The notes below the pieces were generated by a model. The model had not been told where the DNA came from. It did no database searches and saw only the letters and a program-made list of their open reading frames with translations. The position numbers were made by a program, and so were the translations under genes. Shown here one piece after another: positions 1 through 10,199 of a stretch of 64,000 nt of DNA (positions are counted from its first letter, which is position 1; each line of letters begins with the position of its first letter). Source of the DNA: Opitutia bacterium (lineage in GTDB: Bacteria; Verrucomicrobiota; Verrucomicrobiia; Opitutales; Opitutaceae). The stretch covers positions 1 to 64,000 of the forward strand of contig CANJVR010000006.1 in NCBI GenBank assembly GCA_947478395.1. The letters are read 5' to 3'.

Positions 1-103
1 CGGCAGGCGTCCCTGCCTGCCGGCTTCCGCGTCCTCGTTTCGGCAGGCAGGGACGCCCGCCGCTACAATAAAACCAGCCACGGAAAAACTTAGACCGCTC
101 TAA
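1..103. repeat. REP/MITE-like family A, copy 1 (cut by window start)
   Basis: Palindrome CGGCAGGCGTCCCTGCCTGCCG...CGGCAGGCAGGGACGCCCGCCGCTAC followed by a flank ending ACCGCTCTAA; homologous to 22481, 35150 and 56240. Confidence 0.85.
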
Positions 104-780
104 AGGCGTGGACCGGGCGCCGCATCGATCAACAGTCGCGACTGCACCTCGAGCGAATTTTTGTAGAAAGGCGGCAGGAGCAGCAGCAATCCCCGTGTAT
201 TTCTCGACAGGGAAATTTCGCTCGCGAAGGCTTGCACGCTTCGCCCCTTCCCTGGGCTGCGCAGCACAAGTTTGGCGGCGCGGGACACGGCGACCGGCGC
301 GTTCAAACCCTCGGTTAGCGCAATCGGCTGATCGCCCAGCGAACCGCTCAACGCGAGGCCACTTAGATTGATCACCGCCAAACTGCCAGCCGGTTGCCGC
401 GTCGCACCGTCGTCCAGCACGAGCACCCGATAACGCAGCCCTGTGGACGGAGTCGGCTCAACCGGCAGCAGGATGAGCAACGCGTCGGAGATAGCCGGCG
501 GCACATTCGCCTCCGCCACGATTTTCCCGGATTCAACCTCGACGATGCGTAGCGGCATCGTGCCACGGAACTCGTACCGCGGGGAGCGCGCCGTCGGATA
601 AAACGCGAAGGACTGCGGCGCCGCGCCCGTCCGAGGGGTAAACGCCAGGCCCAGCGCCGGCCGCGCGGAGAACACGGTGAACCGCAAGCGCTGCTCCGGC
701 TGCACCTGCGCCTCAGCCCGCACCGCGGACCACAAGTCGAGCGCCAGCGCGAAAATCAAATATCGGAACGCGTGAGCCAT
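100..780 (-). CDS. Hypothetical exported protein, last gene of pilin cassette
   Basis: ATG at 780 overlaps end of upstream CDS; signal-peptide-like MAHAFRYLIFALALDLWSAVRAEA; 226 aa. Confidence 0.7.
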   Translation of the reverse strand: MAHAFRYLIFALALDLWSAVRAEAQVQPEQRLRFTVFSARPALGLAFTPRTGAAPQSFAFYPTARSPRYEFRGTMPLRIVEVESGKIVAEANVPPAISDALLILLPVEPTPSTGLRYRVLVLDDGATRQPAGSLAVINLSGLALSGSLGDQPIALTEGLNAPVAVSRAAKLVLRSPGKGRSVQAFASEISLSRNTRGLLLLLPPFYKNSLEVQSRLLIDAAPGPRL

Positions 781-3700
781 CGGAAGGAAATGACTTTGAA
801 ACGGCGGCCGTAAGTTTGATTGAGCGCACTGGTGAGCGCGGCCGGCGAGGTTTCCGCCGGGTCGGCGGCCGGATCGAAGTAGTCCGGCACGCGCTGGACA
901 ATCGCCTCGCACCACGCGCGGCCTTCGACCGCTGCCGTCGTCGGGTTGACCGCCTCGCCGTAGCTGCGAATCACAAACGTGTCCGAGCGCGCAAACAGCA
1001 CCGGCGCGAGCGCCGTCATGATATCGCCTTGGGTCAAAAACTGGGAGCTGAACTCAATCGGTGCGCCCGCAGCGTCGGCGTTGATGGTGGGCACGGCAGC
1101 AATCGCGTCCTCCAACAAACTCGTGCCGCCCGGCACGCTGGGATTGAGAAACTCCTCGAGACTACGAAACGGCCCGCTCGTCGTCTGGCGCGCTTTGATG
1201 GCTGCGGCAATGGCGTTGGCGAGCGCTGTCACCTGCGTAGGAGTGAGCGTCTTCATGCCCTGCCGGAACAAATGCGTATTCGGTGGACTCGGCGTCGACG
1301 AGGAGCCGCCCGCCGAAAGTCCGGCCTCGGCCTTGTAAGTTTCCTGCGCGGATTGGGAGAACCGGAAGAACTGCGCGTCACTTGACTGCACACTCGCCGC
1401 GGTTTCCCCGGTCGACGCCGCCGTGCCCGTGGCGTTATCCGCGTCGAGATAAGTAAACGAGGCCGGCGCAGGAAACCGGACCGAGCGCAACACGGCGGCC
1501 CATGCGACCGCGCTGGTGGAGTTCAAATTGAACGCGCCACCTTGGAGCAGGAATTTGGACGAGCGTGCGTCGGCCGCATTTTTCAAATCGGCCGCCGTCG
1601 TGGCGGTTCCGTTCGGCTGCCGCGGGCTCACCCGCAACAACGGATTCGGCAGCACGAGCGAGCTGCCCGTCGTAGTCGGATTCACCGCCGCAGTAAGACC
1701 CGAATAAAAAAAACGGTCGAAGAGTTGCGCGGACGGAATTTTGTTGAGCGGCGTAGCCGCGCCCCACGAATTGCCCACGGCAAACGGCTGCGCGCCGTCG
1801 ATCGCGAGATGTTGCAGCATCCCGAGCGAGAGCAACGGCGCGCGCGGAAGTTCGAAGACTGGAACGTCTTCGTTGTAGGAAAGGCTGTCGGTGGCGCGAT
1901 CCAACAGCCGGTCCGCAAATGTGGAGTCTTCGAAGTCGTCTGGATAAGCGCTGGGTGAATCGCCTCCCGCGCCGTAGGCGAACGCCGTCGCAGCCACATT
2001 CGGCTGATGCGGGTCAACACCTGGGCTTTGCAGCCACGGTGGATTCTCGGTTTTTTCGGCAAGGCGGAAGAAATAGACAAACTGCGTCGAGCTGAGCTGC
2101 GCCTGGCGCGAGTTCGTGCCGAAACGCACGAAATGCGGGGAAGTGAAGGTCGCGAGCTCGACGTCGCCACCGGCGCGGACTGCAAATAATTTCACGGTGA
2201 TAGTTCCCGCTTCCCCGTCCACGTGACACAGGTCAGTCCCCTTCACCGAACCCAAGGCCACCGGACGAATCGCTCCACCATTGGATTCTCCCGCCGCCGT
2301 ATAGCTCTTTGAATAAAAGCGTGAGGGATATCCGTCGGTCGGGACGGTGCCCGTGAGTTCCTCGATCGAACGCCAGTTGTACACGCGACCCGGCAACCAC
2401 GAAAGGCGATCAGCTCCACTCCGGCCCGACGGCGGCGTGCTGTCCCACGGTAAAATAATTTTTAACGGATTCCCCGCGCCACCCCCATAGAGCGACTGCA
2501 ATGAAAACGCCGCCGCCACACCGCCGCTGGAATCGTTGTCGACTCGGAGATCCGGCAGACCCGTGACCTCGATCCGGAGGCCGGCATCGGGCACGAGCGC
2601 CGCCGAATAGGGATTCCACAGTCCGATCTTCCAAAACGAGCGAACCTCAAGCGGGCTGAGTCCGGCCGCGCCGCCCTGCGTGCGAACATTGAACGACAAA
2701 AGAAAATAACTCAGCACCGGCGCGATCGCAGGCGGACCAGGCTGCATCATATACCGGCGCCGGATCGGATCAGCCGAAAATGGCGGCGACGGCGGAAAGG
2801 CTCCGCCCGCCCCGACCGCCGGGTCTTCCATGTAACTCGTGTAGTCCGCCCACGCATCGTAGGTGGAGCCGAGCGGACTCGGTACCGCCGGCGAGAAAAG
2901 CGAAAGATCCTGCCGCAAGCCACCGCGCGCGGTGTCGGCGAGCACGTTGAAGTTATTCGGCGACCACGTATGGAAATTTTGCTGGAGCGGCGTCAGGCCA
3001 AGGGACAAGCCGGCGGAATTTTTCAAAAATGCGAACTGATTGGTCGCGCTCAGATTTCGGATCAGAAACGCATTCGCCGTGTCGCGCGGTTCGAACGACG
3101 CCGGTCCGGCGCCGAGGGAAATCTGCTGACGAATCCGGCTGCGAAGTTCCGCGGAGTAGGGATCGTAGTTAACGGCCGAGCTGGTATCGCCGATTCCGAC
3201 CGGTGCCTTCACGCCTTGGTCTCCGACCCACCACGCGTAGTTGCCGATCGTCACGGGCGTCGCCGTCGTGTTGCCCGGCACGCCGACGCTCGTCACGGCC
3301 TGCTTGGCGACCACCACATTGTTCGCGGTACCGGTGGAATTGCGCCCAACGAGTTCAATCGCATTCGTCGACGTCACACTGGTCGCCGGATTGATTCTGG
3401 CCCCCGGGATTTCACTGCCCGACACGAGCCAACTTTGCGCGGTCGCGCCGGTGGCGGTGGCAGGCGCTGCGTCCCACACACCGGTCCAGTGGGAGTTCAC
3501 CGTGCTGAACGCCCCGGCGCTCGCCGTGACCGTGGTATCGCGGCCGGCGTTTTTCTGGAGCTGCGCGAGCGCCACATCGAGGCCGAGCAGCGCGTGCTGA
3601 CGGGCCTGCGCGGTGCGTTGGGAATTTCCCGCGGCCGCGCTCTCGATGCGGGTGTATGTGGCGAGACCGACGAGCAGCAGCACGATGAACGCGAGCAGCG

Positions 3701-3812
3701 TGACTGTGATGAGCAACGCGAACCCTGCTTTGCGCGGGGCGTTTCGCAGGGCGCGGCCCCGCGGAGACACGGTGGGAAGCAGGTGGCGGGGGGCGGGGGG
3801 CGAAGGGCGCAC
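756..3812 (-). CDS. Large PilX/GspK-like protein (Verru_Chthon cassette protein A-like)
   Basis: G|FALLITVTLLAFIVLLLV prepilin-like N-terminus lacking E5; C-terminal GPFRSLEEFL, RSDTFVIRSYGEA, RAWCEAIVQR, GRRFKVISFRWL blocks. Confidence 0.8.
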   Translation of the reverse strand: MRPSPPAPRHLLPTVSPRGRALRNAPRKAGFALLITVTLLAFIVLLLVGLATYTRIESAAAGNSQRTAQARQHALLGLDVALAQLQKNAGRDTTVTASAGAFSTVNSHWTGVWDAAPATATGATAQSWLVSGSEIPGARINPATSVTSTNAIELVGRNSTGTANNVVVAKQAVTSVGVPGNTTATPVTIGNYAWWVGDQGVKAPVGIGDTSSAVNYDPYSAELRSRIRQQISLGAGPASFEPRDTANAFLIRNLSATNQFAFLKNSAGLSLGLTPLQQNFHTWSPNNFNVLADTARGGLRQDLSLFSPAVPSPLGSTYDAWADYTSYMEDPAVGAGGAFPPSPPFSADPIRRRYMMQPGPPAIAPVLSYFLLSFNVRTQGGAAGLSPLEVRSFWKIGLWNPYSAALVPDAGLRIEVTGLPDLRVDNDSSGGVAAAFSLQSLYGGGAGNPLKIILPWDSTPPSGRSGADRLSWLPGRVYNWRSIEELTGTVPTDGYPSRFYSKSYTAAGESNGGAIRPVALGSVKGTDLCHVDGEAGTITVKLFAVRAGGDVELATFTSPHFVRFGTNSRQAQLSSTQFVYFFRLAEKTENPPWLQSPGVDPHQPNVAATAFAYGAGGDSPSAYPDDFEDSTFADRLLDRATDSLSYNEDVPVFELPRAPLLSLGMLQHLAIDGAQPFAVGNSWGAATPLNKIPSAQLFDRFFYSGLTAAVNPTTTGSSLVLPNPLLRVSPRQPNGTATTAADLKNAADARSSKFLLQGGAFNLNSTSAVAWAAVLRSVRFPAPASFTYLDADNATGTAASTGETAASVQSSDAQFFRFSQSAQETYKAEAGLSAGGSSSTPSPPNTHLFRQGMKTLTPTQVTALANAIAAAIKARQTTSGPFRSLEEFLNPSVPGGTSLLEDAIAAVPTINADAAGAPIEFSSQFLTQGDIMTALAPVLFARSDTFVIRSYGEAVNPTTAAVEGRAWCEAIVQRVPDYFDPAADPAETSPAALTSALNQTYGRRFKVISFRWLTRSDI

Positions 3813-3815
3813 GGT

Positions 3816-5033
3816 TCAGAGGGGCTGCGCGCGGATCACGATGCGGCGGGTAAAAACTTGCGAATGCGTGAGCGCGAGCCGCCACCAATAAGCGGCGTCG
3901 CTTGGGATGGAAGTGTCACCCACCGGCCGGGTAATGCGCTGCGGGTTCGCCTCGAAGTCGGCGATCAGGCGCGCCCCTTCGTCGTCGAGAATGCGCACCA
4001 TGACGTCGACCACTTCGGGAAACTGCGTCGTGGGCCCACCCACGCGCGGCGGCGTCGAGGCCAGATGCGTTGTATCGGTGGCGGTCGCGGGAAAAACCGT
4101 CGTCAACCCTCCGTTTGTGGCATTGTGCACATAACAGCGCACGCCGAAATCGATCACGTTTTCACCGATGACCGCGTCGAGGTTGGTCGTGCTGCCGGGA
4201 ATTTGCACGCTGCGTGGATCGCCCGTGGTCGCACCATTGTTGTTGGCTCCGCCGCCGGTGGTGTATGCCGCGGCGTTGATCACGTAGCCGGATTCAAACG
4301 TACCCGGGCGCGTGCCGGTTTGCGCGGGACGAACTTCGGCGCGGTGCAGGAAATAACGGCGATCGGTATTGGCCGCGATCGTGTTGGGCGATGAAGCGCG
4401 ACGGATAATCTGCCAGCCCACCGCCACGGGCGCTGAGACGATCGTGGGATCGGTGCTGACCGTACCGGCGGTCGTGGTGAAAGCGCCGCGCCGCGTGGTG
4501 AAAAAACGCAGCCACACGCCGGCCTGCCCGAACGTGGCATCGGATATTTTGGCCGCGTTGTACGTGGGCAAGGGCTGGGGGCCGGTCACAGTCGCGGGCT
4601 TCAGCGCACTCGCGGTGGCGTTGCGCGTGTCCCAGAGCGCGCCGGCGTTGGTCGTGTTCGCCAGCACCGTCGCCGCCAACCAAACGCGACCATCGTCGGC
4701 GTAGCGGGCGCCCTGCAGATCGAGCGCGAGTTGATCGAGAATGAGCCGGGCCTGGGCATCGGTACTCAAACGACCCGAGGTGCGCGACCAAACGCCGGTC
4801 ACGTTGGAAACAATCACGGCCATGAACGCGGCCAACACGGCGGTGATGCTGGCGGCGACCAGGAGCTCGATGAGCGTGAAGCCGCGCAGCGGAGCGCGGG
4901 CCTTCAACCTGCGGGTAGTGGCAACGGTGGGCGGGGTGCCCTCACCCGGCAAAACGTCGTTCAGCCCGCGGCGTACCTGCGGGGTGAGGGTCCCCCGCCC
5001 CCATCGATCGGCACTCTGGACGGGTGTTCTCAT
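3816..5033 (-). CDS. Prepilin-type protein, PulJ/PilW-like (cassette protein C-like)
   Basis: G|FTLIELLVAASI motif; ATG 5033 overlaps upstream TGA (TGATG); alternative TTG start at 4907. Confidence 0.85.
   Translation of the reverse strand: MRTPVQSADRWGRGTLTPQVRRGLNDVLPGEGTPPTVATTRRLKARAPLRGFTLIELLVAASITAVLAAFMAVIVSNVTGVWSRTSGRLSTDAQARLILDQLALDLQGARYADDGRVWLAATVLANTTNAGALWDTRNATASALKPATVTGPQPLPTYNAAKISDATFGQAGVWLRFFTTRRGAFTTTAGTVSTDPTIVSAPVAVGWQIIRRASSPNTIAANTDRRYFLHRAEVRPAQTGTRPGTFESGYVINAAAYTTGGGANNNGATTGDPRSVQIPGSTTNLDAVIGENVIDFGVRCYVHNATNGGLTTVFPATATDTTHLASTPPRVGGPTTQFPEVVDVMVRILDDEGARLIADFEANPQRITRPVGDTSIPSDAAYWWRLALTHSQVFTRRIVIRAQPL
4926..5003. repeat. REP-like family B copy, in frame in the 5' part of the prepilin ORF
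   Basis: GGTGGGCGGGGTGCCCTCACCC...GGGTGAGGGTCCCCCGCCCCCA matches the 8026-8106 copy. Confidence 0.85.
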
Positions 5034-5698
5034 CAGCGTGTGACCGAGCCGGCGATGTGCATCACCTGCTGCTGGCCGTGATCGAATTGGATCGCACCGG
5101 TCGCATTGAAGCCAAACGGCAGAGCGCGTTGTGGATTGGTCGGCGTCCCGTCGGGCACGAAGGCCGGCCAGCGAATGCGCGCCGTATACGCGAGCATCGG
5201 CGCGGTCGCGTCGGGGTCGGTCGGAGGCGTCGCGGTCGCATCCGCGGCGGGCGAAAGCGTTTCGTTGCGGATCAATGCGATCTCGAAAAATTTATCGACG
5301 TCGCTCACGCCCCACGTGGCGGTGTCCTTATAGGCACCGATCTTCGTGCCGTCGCGGCTCGCGAAGAGCAGCTGAGGATCACGGCGCGGATCGCTGCTGG
5401 CGGCGTTGGGGTTGCGGTCGGCATCGGTCAACTCGTGCGAGTTGCTCGCGGTCTTCTTTTTGAGCAACGCGGCCACCGCGGTGAACGACTGGTCGCGGCG
5501 AACGCGATGGGTGAGTTCATCGCGCAGCACATCGGCCACGTTCGCCGCGGCCTCCGCATCGGTCAGATTGGAAACTGATTTCGTCGTGGACGCGAAGAGC
5601 CCGATCACGCCCACCATCCCGACGGCGAAGATACCAATCGCGATTACAACCTCCAAGAGACTGAACGCGGATCGTGGCGAGTGCGGTCGGTGGCGCAT
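5033..5698 (-). CDS. Prepilin-type protein, PilV/GspI-like (cassette protein B-like)
   Basis: A|FSLLEVVIAIGIFAVG; ATG 5698 directly after upstream stop. Confidence 0.85.
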   Translation of the reverse strand: MRHRPHSPRSAFSLLEVVIAIGIFAVGMVGVIGLFASTTKSVSNLTDAEAAANVADVLRDELTHRVRRDQSFTAVAALLKKKTASNSHELTDADRNPNAASSDPRRDPQLLFASRDGTKIGAYKDTATWGVSDVDKFFEIALIRNETLSPAADATATPPTDPDATAPMLAYTARIRWPAFVPDGTPTNPQRALPFGFNATGAIQFDHGQQQVMHIAGSVTR

Positions 5699-5699
5699 A

Positions 5700-6458
5700 T
5701 CAGAAGCTGTTCGCATCGTTGGCCGCCGTGACGCCGCCACTGGGCCGGAGCAGAAGTCCGCGAACCGCGCCGGGGTTGTTAAACTGCGGGAGATTACTCG
5801 TACCGAGCGTGCCGGTGGCGACGGCGAGTTTGGCGTAAGCGGTGCCGGTCGGAACGCCGGTCAGCCGGCCATCGGCGGTATAACCGATCCACGAGGAAAC
5901 TCCGCCGTTGAACGGCGTGCCGACCGGCGCCGCCGAGACCGGGACCGTGAAGTTGGTGGTGAGCGTAGACACCGGCGCGGGATTGGTCGGCCAGTTGGCG
6001 ACATTGCTCGCGAGCAAGCCGGTGGTGATCGCGGGCACGAGATAAATTCCCCGCGGCAGGAAAACGGGATTGCCGACGGCAACCCACGAAGCGGTGGTGG
6101 CCTCGGGGGTGCTGTTGCGGAAAACTTGGAGCATGCGCAGATATTTCTCGGCGTCGCCCGACGGGGGGCGCGTCGTGTAGACGCAAAGCCGGGCCTCGGT
6201 CGAATAAAGCGCCGCCTGGGCCCGCGTCGTGCCGATCAGGCTGGCGAGCTCCTTTTGCGCGGTGGCGAGTGAGGTCCCGCTGCTATCGCCGAGCGCAAAA
6301 CCGATTCCGCCGACGAGCAACGCGATGAGCCCGACAACGACCAGCAGTTCGATCAACGTGAACGCCGAGCGAGAACGGACGCGCAACAAAAACTTGCTCG
6401 TCACGTCGCGCCCGACGGACAACTCGCACGCATTTTGACTTGGCCGACGTCGACTCAT
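5700..6458 (-). CDS. Prepilin-type protein, GspH/FimT-like (cassette protein D-like)
   Basis: A|FTLIELLVVVGLIALL; ATGA overlap with upstream gene. Confidence 0.85.
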   Translation of the reverse strand: MSRRRPSQNACELSVGRDVTSKFLLRVRSRSAFTLIELLVVVGLIALLVGGIGFALGDSSGTSLATAQKELASLIGTTRAQAALYSTEARLCVYTTRPPSGDAEKYLRMLQVFRNSTPEATTASWVAVGNPVFLPRGIYLVPAITTGLLASNVANWPTNPAPVSTLTTNFTVPVSAAPVGTPFNGGVSSWIGYTADGRLTGVPTGTAYAKLAVATGTLGTSNLPQFNNPGAVRGLLLRPSGGVTAANDANSF

Positions 6459-7174
6459 TTCCAGCTCGTGATCAGATCGTTCTCCGTCGTGGCTCCGGGC
6501 GGTGCGGAATAAAAAATCACGCCGGCGTGAATGCCGCCGGTCTGGCCCGTAGTGACGATGGTCGTGGGCCGAATCGTCGTCGTGCCGTTGGCGACGGTGA
6601 CCGTGGGAAAGGGACTCGCGTCGCGGCCGTTGATCACGCCGTCGAGATTGCTGTCGGTCACAACGGCGATCGAGGTGTTATAGAACGCATCGCGAATCCA
6701 ATTGAGCTGGCCGGCCACGCCATTGCCGGCGGTCACGTCGGCTTGGAGAATAAAATCACTGTCGGTAAAACTGATGAACCGGATGCGGCGCGTATTCTGG
6801 CCAATGGCCGGAGTCGGATTGCCCGTGGTCGCGCCGGTGAGGGCCGAGCTATCGCGGTGCACGCCGGCCAGCAAGTCATGGAACAGATGATTGCCGTTCG
6901 CCGCCGTGGACGTGCCTGTGGGGTTCACCATTTTCAAGGCGCCGTTCGTCGCGAACTGCGGATAGCTGCCGTATTCCTGCCGAAACGTTTCAAAGGCGGT
7001 GGTCCATTGCGCGAACTGCGCGCGGACCCGGGCCTTTTTCGCGGCGGCGCGGACACTGCTGACGCTCGGAATGATGATCGCGGCGAGAATGCCGATGATG
7101 GCGATGACCGTGAGAAGTTCGATCAGCGTGAAGGCGCGAGACAGGCGGCCCGGAGTGAAGTGGCGGACGGTCAT
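6455..7174 (-). CDS. Type IV pilin/GspG-like prepilin
   Basis: A|FTLIELLTVIAIIGILAAIIIP, FRQEYGSYP; ATGA overlap. Confidence 0.88.
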   Translation of the reverse strand: MTVRHFTPGRLSRAFTLIELLTVIAIIGILAAIIIPSVSSVRAAAKKARVRAQFAQWTTAFETFRQEYGSYPQFATNGALKMVNPTGTSTAANGNHLFHDLLAGVHRDSSALTGATTGNPTPAIGQNTRRIRFISFTDSDFILQADVTAGNGVAGQLNWIRDAFYNTSIAVVTDSNLDGVINGRDASPFPTVTVANGTTTIRPTTIVTTGQTGGIHAGVIFYSAPPGATTENDLITSWK

Positions 7175-7911
7175 GGGAGTTTATCGGCGTAAATGTTGTC
7201 GGCGTTATCGCCGGTCGTCTGGGTGGTGCCGGAAAAAACACCGGTGGCACCGGGCAGCGTCGTTGAGGCGCCGTCGGGGCCGCAGGAATAGAGCACGTAG
7301 GTCGGAGGAGTCCAGGGGTTGGCCGTGGGCCGGCTCGGCAGACCGGGAGGGAGTGCCGCTGTCGCCCGCTTATAGAAATAGAGGTAACGGTTGCCCCACG
7401 GGTCGAGGAAGGAGTTGTTCTGAATTGCCTTTGCCGGCGGCGTTCCCGTGGCCACCGCGAACGTCACGGGATTGTTCGTCGTAACCGCCCCGGTCGTGGA
7501 GAAAGGCACTTCGAGCGTCAGTCGGGCAACGTCGACCAGCATCGGCCCGTTGAGGCGTCCGCCGAGCGCACCCGTTGGACCATACGCGCCGATGAGACTG
7601 TTTAAGAGGACGGCTTGCGCGGTGTTGGCGCCCGGTCCAGCGCTCACACCCGTGGCGCTCAACGTCACCCGCTGCGACGTAGCGGCCGACGGACCGGTCT
7701 GCGGATAATCGCCGTAAAACCGGCGATAGTCTTCGAGGGCGGTAACGAGGATGGCCAGCTCGGATCGGGCCTGCTGAATTTTGGCCCGGTTTTTTACACC
7801 GCGCACGAGGCCAAAGCTGATGCCCGAAAGTACGAGCAGGATCGCCATAACGGCCAGCAATTCGACCAACGTGAAAGCGGCAGCGCGACGAGTTCGGCAG
7901 ACAGGTAACAT
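7171..7911 (-). CDS. GspG-like major pseudopilin
   Basis: A|FTLVELLAVMAILLVL, YRRFYGDYP, DPWG and SCGPDG motifs. Confidence 0.88.
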   Translation of the reverse strand: MLPVCRTRRAAAFTLVELLAVMAILLVLSGISFGLVRGVKNRAKIQQARSELAILVTALEDYRRFYGDYPQTGPSAATSQRVTLSATGVSAGPGANTAQAVLLNSLIGAYGPTGALGGRLNGPMLVDVARLTLEVPFSTTGAVTTNNPVTFAVATGTPPAKAIQNNSFLDPWGNRYLYFYKRATAALPPGLPSRPTANPWTPPTYVLYSCGPDGASTTLPGATGVFSGTTQTTGDNADNIYADKLP

Positions 7912-8025
7912 GGCGGGGCGGCGGCGATGAAGCGCAACCGCGGTGCGAGCCGCAAATGGAAAAGGGCCAGCGGGCGCCGAAGTAGGTCATCGGCGCCGCA
8001 GCCCGACCACCCACTCCCACCTCTT

Positions 8026-8106
8026 TGTGGGCGGGGTGCCCTCACCCCGCGGCGCGACGTCGCTCGTCGGATCACGTTGATGCGGGGTGAGGGCACCCCG
8101 CCTACA
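8026..8106. repeat. REP-like family B, best-preserved copy
   Basis: 25-bp arms TGTGGGCGGGGTGCCCTCACCCCGC / GCGGGGTGAGGGCACCCCGCCTACA, one mismatch. Confidence 0.9.
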
Positions 8107-8134
8107 GGTTGGTTTTGCGACCTCCCGGCCAACC

Positions 8135-10084
8135 TCACTCCTCGCTCTGCAAGGCCGCGACGACGTTGAAATCTTCGAGCGTACTCGTGTCGCCTTTCAC
8201 AAGACCGCCGGCGGCGATCTCCTTGAGGATGCGGCGCATGATTTTCCCGCTGCGCGTCTTCGGCAGACCAGCCGCAAAACGCACATCGTCGGGCCGCGCG
8301 AGCGAACCGATCTCCTTCGCCACGTGAGCGCGAAGCTGTTCCTTCAACTCGGGCGACGCGGCGAAACCATTCTTGAGCGTGACGAAGCACACGAGAGCCT
8401 GGCCTTTGAGTTCGTCGGGGCGTCCCACGACTGCAGCCTCGGCCACTGCCGGATTCGAAACGAGGGCGCTTTCAATCTCGGCCGTGCCGATGCGGTGACC
8501 AGAAACGTTGAGCACGTCGTCGATGCGGCCGACCACCCAGAGATAGCCGTCCTTGTCAAAGCGCGCGCCATCGCCGGCGAAATAATAGCCGGCCAGCTCG
8601 GTCCAATATTGTTTTTTGAACCGATCGTCGTCGTTCCAGAGCGTACGCAGCATCGAGGGCCAAGGATTTTTCAGGAAAAGCCGGCCGCCGGAGCCCGCCG
8701 GGACTTCCACCCCGTGATCGTCCAACACCAGAGGCACGACACCAAAGAATGGTTTCGCGCACGAACCCGGTTTCGTCGGGGTCACGCCGGGCAGCGGCAC
8801 GACCATGATCGCGCCGGTTTCGGTCTGCCACCAGGTGTCGACGATGGGGCAGCGTTTTTTTCCGATCAAGGTGTGATACCACATCCAAGCCTCGGGATTG
8901 ATCGGTTCGCCGACGGAGCCGAGCAGGCGCAACGAGGCGAGGCTGTGCTTCTTCACGTAGTCGTCGCCCCAGCGCATGAAAGCGCGGATGGCCGTCGGCG
9001 CCGTGTAGAAAATCGTCACGTGATGGCGATCGATGATTTCCCAGAAACGATCCGGCTCCGGATGATTCGGCGCGCCCTCATACATGAGGACCGTCGCGCC
9101 CACTGCGAGCGGACCGTACACCACATAGCTGTGACCGGTGATCCAGCCGATATCGGCGGTGCAGAAATAAACGTCGTTTTCCTTGAGATCGAAAACGTAG
9201 TGCGAGGTGATCGCGGTGCCGAGCAAGTAGCCACCGCTGGTGTGCAGCACGCCCTTCGGTTTTCCGGTCGAGCCGCTCGTATAAAGAATGAAGAGCGGAT
9301 TTTCGGCATCGAAGGCCTTGGCTTTGTGGACGGGCGATTTGCCGGCGACAAAATCGCTCCACCACCGATCGCGACCCTCGGTCATGGTCACGGGTTGGCC
9401 GGTGCGTTTAAGGACGATCACGTGCTGAACGCTCGGCGTACCGGCGAGCGCGCGGTCGACGTTGGGCTTCAACTCAACGACTTTGCCGCGACGCCAGCCG
9501 CCGTCGGCCGTGATGATGACCTTCGCCTGGCTGTCGTTAACCCGATCCTTGATGGCCTCGGCGGAGAAACCGCCGAAAATCACGGTGTGAATCACGCCGA
9601 GTCGGGCGCACGCGAGCATCGCGATGGCGGCTTCGGGGACCATCGGCAGGTAGATCGCAACGCGGTCGCCCTTGACGAGGCCGAGATCGGCGAGCGCGTG
9701 GGCAAATTTGCAGACCTCGGCGTGCAGCTGACGATAAGTCAGGGTGCGGATGTCGCCCGGTTCGCCCTCGAAAATGATAGCGGCCTTGTTGGCCCGCGCG
9801 CCCGTGAGGTGACGATCCAGGCAATTTTCCGCGACGTTGAGCTGGCCACCGGCAAACCATTTAGCGTGGGGCAGCTTCCACTGGAGCGCCTTCTTGAACG
9901 GCTTACGCCAAGTGAGAAACTCCTTCGCCTGCCGCGACCAGAATTTTTCTGGGGAGTTGACAGACTCTGCGTAGAGCCTCTTGTATGCGGCTTCGCTCCC
10001 AAGATTGGCTTGGGCTTTGAACTCGGCCGAGGGCCTGAACAACCGGTGTTCCCGGGAAACTGAGGTAATCGTCTGGTCGCTCAC
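8135..10084 (-). CDS. acs: Acetate--CoA ligase
   Basis: [54 protein letters not shown]; probable GTG start 10084. Confidence 0.97.
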   Translation of the reverse strand: MSDQTITSVSREHRLFRPSAEFKAQANLGSEAAYKRLYAESVNSPEKFWSRQAKEFLTWRKPFKKALQWKLPHAKWFAGGQLNVAENCLDRHLTGARANKAAIIFEGEPGDIRTLTYRQLHAEVCKFAHALADLGLVKGDRVAIYLPMVPEAAIAMLACARLGVIHTVIFGGFSAEAIKDRVNDSQAKVIITADGGWRRGKVVELKPNVDRALAGTPSVQHVIVLKRTGQPVTMTEGRDRWWSDFVAGKSPVHKAKAFDAENPLFILYTSGSTGKPKGVLHTSGGYLLGTAITSHYVFDLKENDVYFCTADIGWITGHSYVVYGPLAVGATVLMYEGAPNHPEPDRFWEIIDRHHVTIFYTAPTAIRAFMRWGDDYVKKHSLASLRLLGSVGEPINPEAWMWYHTLIGKKRCPIVDTWWQTETGAIMVVPLPGVTPTKPGSCAKPFFGVVPLVLDDHGVEVPAGSGGRLFLKNPWPSMLRTLWNDDDRFKKQYWTELAGYYFAGDGARFDKDGYLWVVGRIDDVLNVSGHRIGTAEIESALVSNPAVAEAAVVGRPDELKGQALVCFVTLKNGFAASPELKEQLRAHVAKEIGSLARPDDVRFAAGLPKTRSGKIMRRILKEIAAGGLVKGDTSTLEDFNVVAALQSEE

Positions 10085-10199
10085 GATAGTGTTCGATTTT
10101 AGGGTTTGATGGATGCGTCGCCGCAAACGTGACGTTCCTTATTCCGCCCTGAGTTTTAAGCGTCAAGCACCGGAAGCGCCTACTCACCTGTATTCTGTC

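Noticed and set aside
8087..10063. Long antisense ORFs (also 2970-4394, 9903-11204, 19531-21210, 22679-24064, 38601-40070, 46345-47655)
   Set aside because: They lie opposite well-supported genes, are Arg-rich and motif-free, and are expected in high-GC DNA
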